Assembly: GCF_009914755.1 (NCBI RefSeq)
Contig: NC_060940.1
DNA length: 64,000 bases
Source: the human T2T-CHM13v2.0 reference genome, Homo sapiens
Direction: 5' to 3' (one strand)
Shown: positions 59,402-64,000 of the stretch, piece by piece
Numbering within the stretch: the stretch's first letter is position 1
Layout: each line of letters opens with the position of its first letter
Notes under the pieces: generated by a model
What the model saw: only the letters and a program-made list of their open reading frames with translations
What the model was told of the DNA's origin: nothing
The model's database searches: none
Position numbers and translations under genes: made by a program

Positions 59402-61410
59402 TAAATTGATGGTCCCCATTCTTTGCTCATTTATTTTGTCTTTGATCTTAGACACCATAAGCCCACATGGATGGCCCGAGCCCATCTGTCTGCATGCAGA
59501 GCCTGTCTCTTTCCATTGTGTGCTGGCAGACAGTCTGTCCTTTTGTCCTGGGCCAGCTGTGCCACTTCACCCTACAATACTGGGAGACAGCGCCCTGACT
59601 TTGGGGGAGAACGATTGTCCATTTTATCTGTGCGTATGCTAAGTCTAGAGCAGATAAAACCACCACCGCACTCTGCCCATGACAGGAATGAGGCAGCCGT
59701 TGTGCCCTGGCCAGTTCTGGTCCTTTTTATTTAAAGTAGCAACTTGGGGAGCCACAGAAGTGAGCTGCACCAGAATCTAGATTCAACAACTGTTGAGTTC
59801 CTTCTGTGATGGGAGAGAGTTCGTGAGGCTTCTGTCTATGTCCGAGAGCTCACAATGCATAATCCCTCCCACGATGGGGATTACATCAGCGCTATGGCAG
59901 GACTGCAGGGCCATGGGAGCACTGTGTAGAGGGACAGCAGTGTGTCCCTTGGGGGACCCTCTGCAGGAAGGCTTCTCTGAGAAGGGAACGTTTGAGTCAG
60001 CCATCGGGAGGCTGTTTTTTCTTTGGCAGCACTTTGATGATGTAGCCCTTTTTCTGTGCTAAGATTGAGCCATTCAAGGAGTGAGCCTGGTTTTGTGGAG
60101 GTTGAAGTGTACAAGGTTTGGGGTAAAATGTCAGGTCTGTCACCTCTGAGCTGTTCCTTGGGTAAATGATCAATGTCTCCAAGTCTCAGTTCCTTTGTTT
60201 GTTTCACCAGGGCGGCCAGCCCCCACCTTCCAGGTAGATGTGAGGGTTAAACGTATGTCTCAGTATGGCGGATTGGTGGCGGGCCTGGCCCCAGGTGTGT
60301 TGTGTTTGTTTCATGTCGAGTTGGCTGGAACATTGTTCTCACAAGAGTATAATTAGGTGCCAACTAACTGACATAAAAAAGCTGGGTTTTCAGCCTCTCT
60401 TGAAAAACCAGGAGATGGGGCAATTGCTGGTATTGCTGTGAGGTACTGTCTGCTAGAGCTGGCTAGCAGCTGCCATCTTGAGAGGGGCACCTGCTCTGTT
60501 CTTGCAATCTGTGCCTTGCCAGCCCAACCCGCTCATTTCCATGCCTCACCTGACCCCTTGGGCACTGCGGGGGTCCCTCCTGGTCTTGTATGTGCCCCGG
60601 GCATATATTGGGCAGCCCTTTCTGCCCCCCTCCTCCTTTGCTTCTGCTTTCTTTCAGTTTCTTTATTTGGAATGGTTGTGGATTTTGGGGGGTGGGATGG
60701 GAGTTAAACAATAGCAGCAACACTAAAGTCATCATTGGGCTGGTAGCGCCGGGCATCCCAGATGCCCGCCAGTGTAACTGAGAATGAATTCTGCAGTGAC
60801 AACAGGTTGATGATGTCCTTGTTCCCTGCAAGACTCTGTATGTGGGGCCTTGGTTAGAGGGCAAGGGAAGATGGGAGCATGATTATGATGCGGGCCTGGT
60901 CTACAGCCTGCTGGGGAACTCTCACGTTTAACCATCTAACCGCACGGTGGCTGTAAGGTCTACAAACTCCGACACTATTGTTTTAATTTTTAACCTGCCA
61001 GCCTTCATTATTTCTGCCAGGGCAGTGGGCTGTTAAATCCAGCCCAAGACCTGTTCGTTACATATTATCTATGGCTGTTGTTCACACTGCAGTGGCAGAG
61101 TTGGGTAGTGACAGCAACCCTTTGGCCCACAAAGCCTAAAATATTGACTGCGGGACTCTTTCCAGAGAAAGTTTGCTGACCCCCATTCTAGGGTATGCTA
61201 AAGGTGTAGGTTCAGTGAAAATCAGAAACAAATCATGTGAGGCAGCCCGCCACAGATGCACACGCAGGGCTTAGAGAAATGCTGTGTTCATTGCAGTTTT
61301 GCAGGGCACATTGGATGAATCACATAACATCATTGTGTGTATCCTGTAATACTAGTAAGTCATTTATTGTGTATTCATCTGCCCTTCCCGATGCTCTAGC
61401 CACTGCATAG

Positions 61411-62034
<624 letters not shown>

Positions 62035-62054
62035 TAGCCCTTGGGAGAATCCTA

Positions 62055-62425
<371 letters not shown>

Positions 62426-62429
62426 TTAA

Positions 62430-62660
62430 TTGAGGTGAAATTCACAAAACAAAGAATTAACTGTTGTTCTAAAGCAAGCAGTTCAGGGGCATTTAGTACA
62501 GTTGCATTGTTGAGCAATCAGCCCTCTATCTAGTTTCAAAACATTTTCATCACCCAAAGGAAACTCCATATCCATTAAGCAGTAGCTCCCCATCCCCCTA
62601 CCACCCCAGCCCCTGGCAACCACCTGTCTGCCTTCTGTCTCTATGAATTTACCTGTTCTG
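62430..62660 (-). mobile_element. L1MB 3' end fragment
   Basis: aattgaggtgaaattcac...aacattttcatcaccc...cccctggcaaccacc. Confidence 0.75.
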
Positions 62661-63283
62661 TCCTTCCCAGTTTTGCAAGCACGGCTCAGGTTCCCAATTG
62701 TTCAGTGAGCTTGCCCTGGTCCCCACCAGGATGACAGTGTGGTGTGTGGAAGGAACACTTGCCTGAGAGTTAGGGAGAGCAGGGCTCAGCCTCCAATGCA
62801 GCACCTGCTTGACTGTGTGCCCTTGGGCAGAATTCCTCGCACACAGTGGGCACTCAAAGAGCATTGCCTTCTTTTTCTTTTCTCGCTTGTACCTGCTTAA
62901 TGTGTTACAAGGATCTCACCAGGGAAATGTCTAGCATGACGTCACCTCCACCGCTGCATGGAGAGACAGCGAAATACCACTATTTAAATATCTGCAGGGC
63001 TGGGCGTGGGGGCTCACGCCTGCAATCCCAGCACTTCAGGAGGCTGAGGTGGGTGGATCACCTGAGGTCAGGAGTTCGAGACCAGCCTGACCAACATGGC
63101 GAAACCCCATCTCTACTAAAAATACAAAAAAAATTAGCCAAGCGTGGTGGTGGGCACCCGTAATCCCAGCTACTCAGGAGGCTGAGGTAGGAGAATTGCT
63201 TGAACATGGGAGGTGGAGGCCTTAGTGAGAAGAGATGGCGCCACCGTACTCCAGCTTGGGCAACAAAGTGAGACTCTGTCTCA

Positions 63284-63314
<31 letters not shown>

Positions 63315-64000
63315 ATATCTGTGTGGCCTTGATTAAGGGGCTTGACCTCTGTGGAATGGGAACCAGTTTACCTGGAGCTCCAGGGTTGCGAGGGTTAAAG
63401 AAGGAATATAGCCGGAGTGCCTGGTTGCCTCCTGCTTGTTTTCTCCTCCCCACGTGCCAGGGGTCCTCTTTCACCCTTTCATCTCCCAGGGCAGCAAACA
63501 CAGAGGCTTGGATTGAATTGCTTTGCCTGGGCTTTGGAGAGAAGGTAGCTAGTTGAAAGGACTTCTGGGAGCCAGAGGTCTTGATACCTTGGGGTAAGGG
63601 TTGCCAACAATGATGATAATGATAGCTAATTTTATTAAATGCTTGGTATATACCAGGCACTGTTCTAGGTGCACAATACAATTTCCCTCATTTTATCGTC
63701 CGAAGAGGTAGGTTCTATGATGAGCCTGAAGGAGGGAGGTTAAGTAACTTGCTCATGATCACATGGCTGGTGGAGTAGGATTCTAACCCACACTATCCTG
63801 TTCTTAATTTCTGCTCTTTCTCTCCAGGAGGTCACTGTAGCTTGAATGGTGACCCCAGGCAGAAGGCTAGAGATTTGTGGTAAAAATTAATGTAGGATCC
63901 AAAGGACTCTAAACATTAAACATTAGATCCTGAGAGTTCTAAACATTGAAGACAAAGGCCGGGCGCGGTGGCTCATGCCTGTAATCCCAACACTTTGGAA

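Overview
Human (hominid) genomic DNA, extremely Alu-rich, recognisable as chr16p13.13. No prokaryotic features. Left to right: (1) the 5' part of an NPIP-family (LCR16a core duplicon) gene on the minus strand, by synteny NPIPB2. It has a signal-peptide-like first exon, three further coding exons, a 2-nt frameshift in the fourth, a dead NPIPA-type exon, and what appears to be an array of decayed phase-2 exons in 214-2233. (2) An Alu/L1/LTR-rich spacer containing an unidentified retrocopy-like fragment. (3) The complete three-exon TNFRSF17 (BCMA) gene, + strand, 184 aa, Ser81 allele. (4) A minus-strand UBL5 processed pseudogene whose poly(A) remnant abuts the BCMA poly(A) signal. (5) Two ERV1 solo LTRs and a young AluYa5. 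(6) The SNX29 CpG-island promoter, 7-nt first coding exon and the start of intron 1. Almost all ORF-track ORFs are Alu/L1 translations. Gene and repeat-family names come from recognition without database searches. Splice coordinates were counted by hand; repeat boundaries are approximate.
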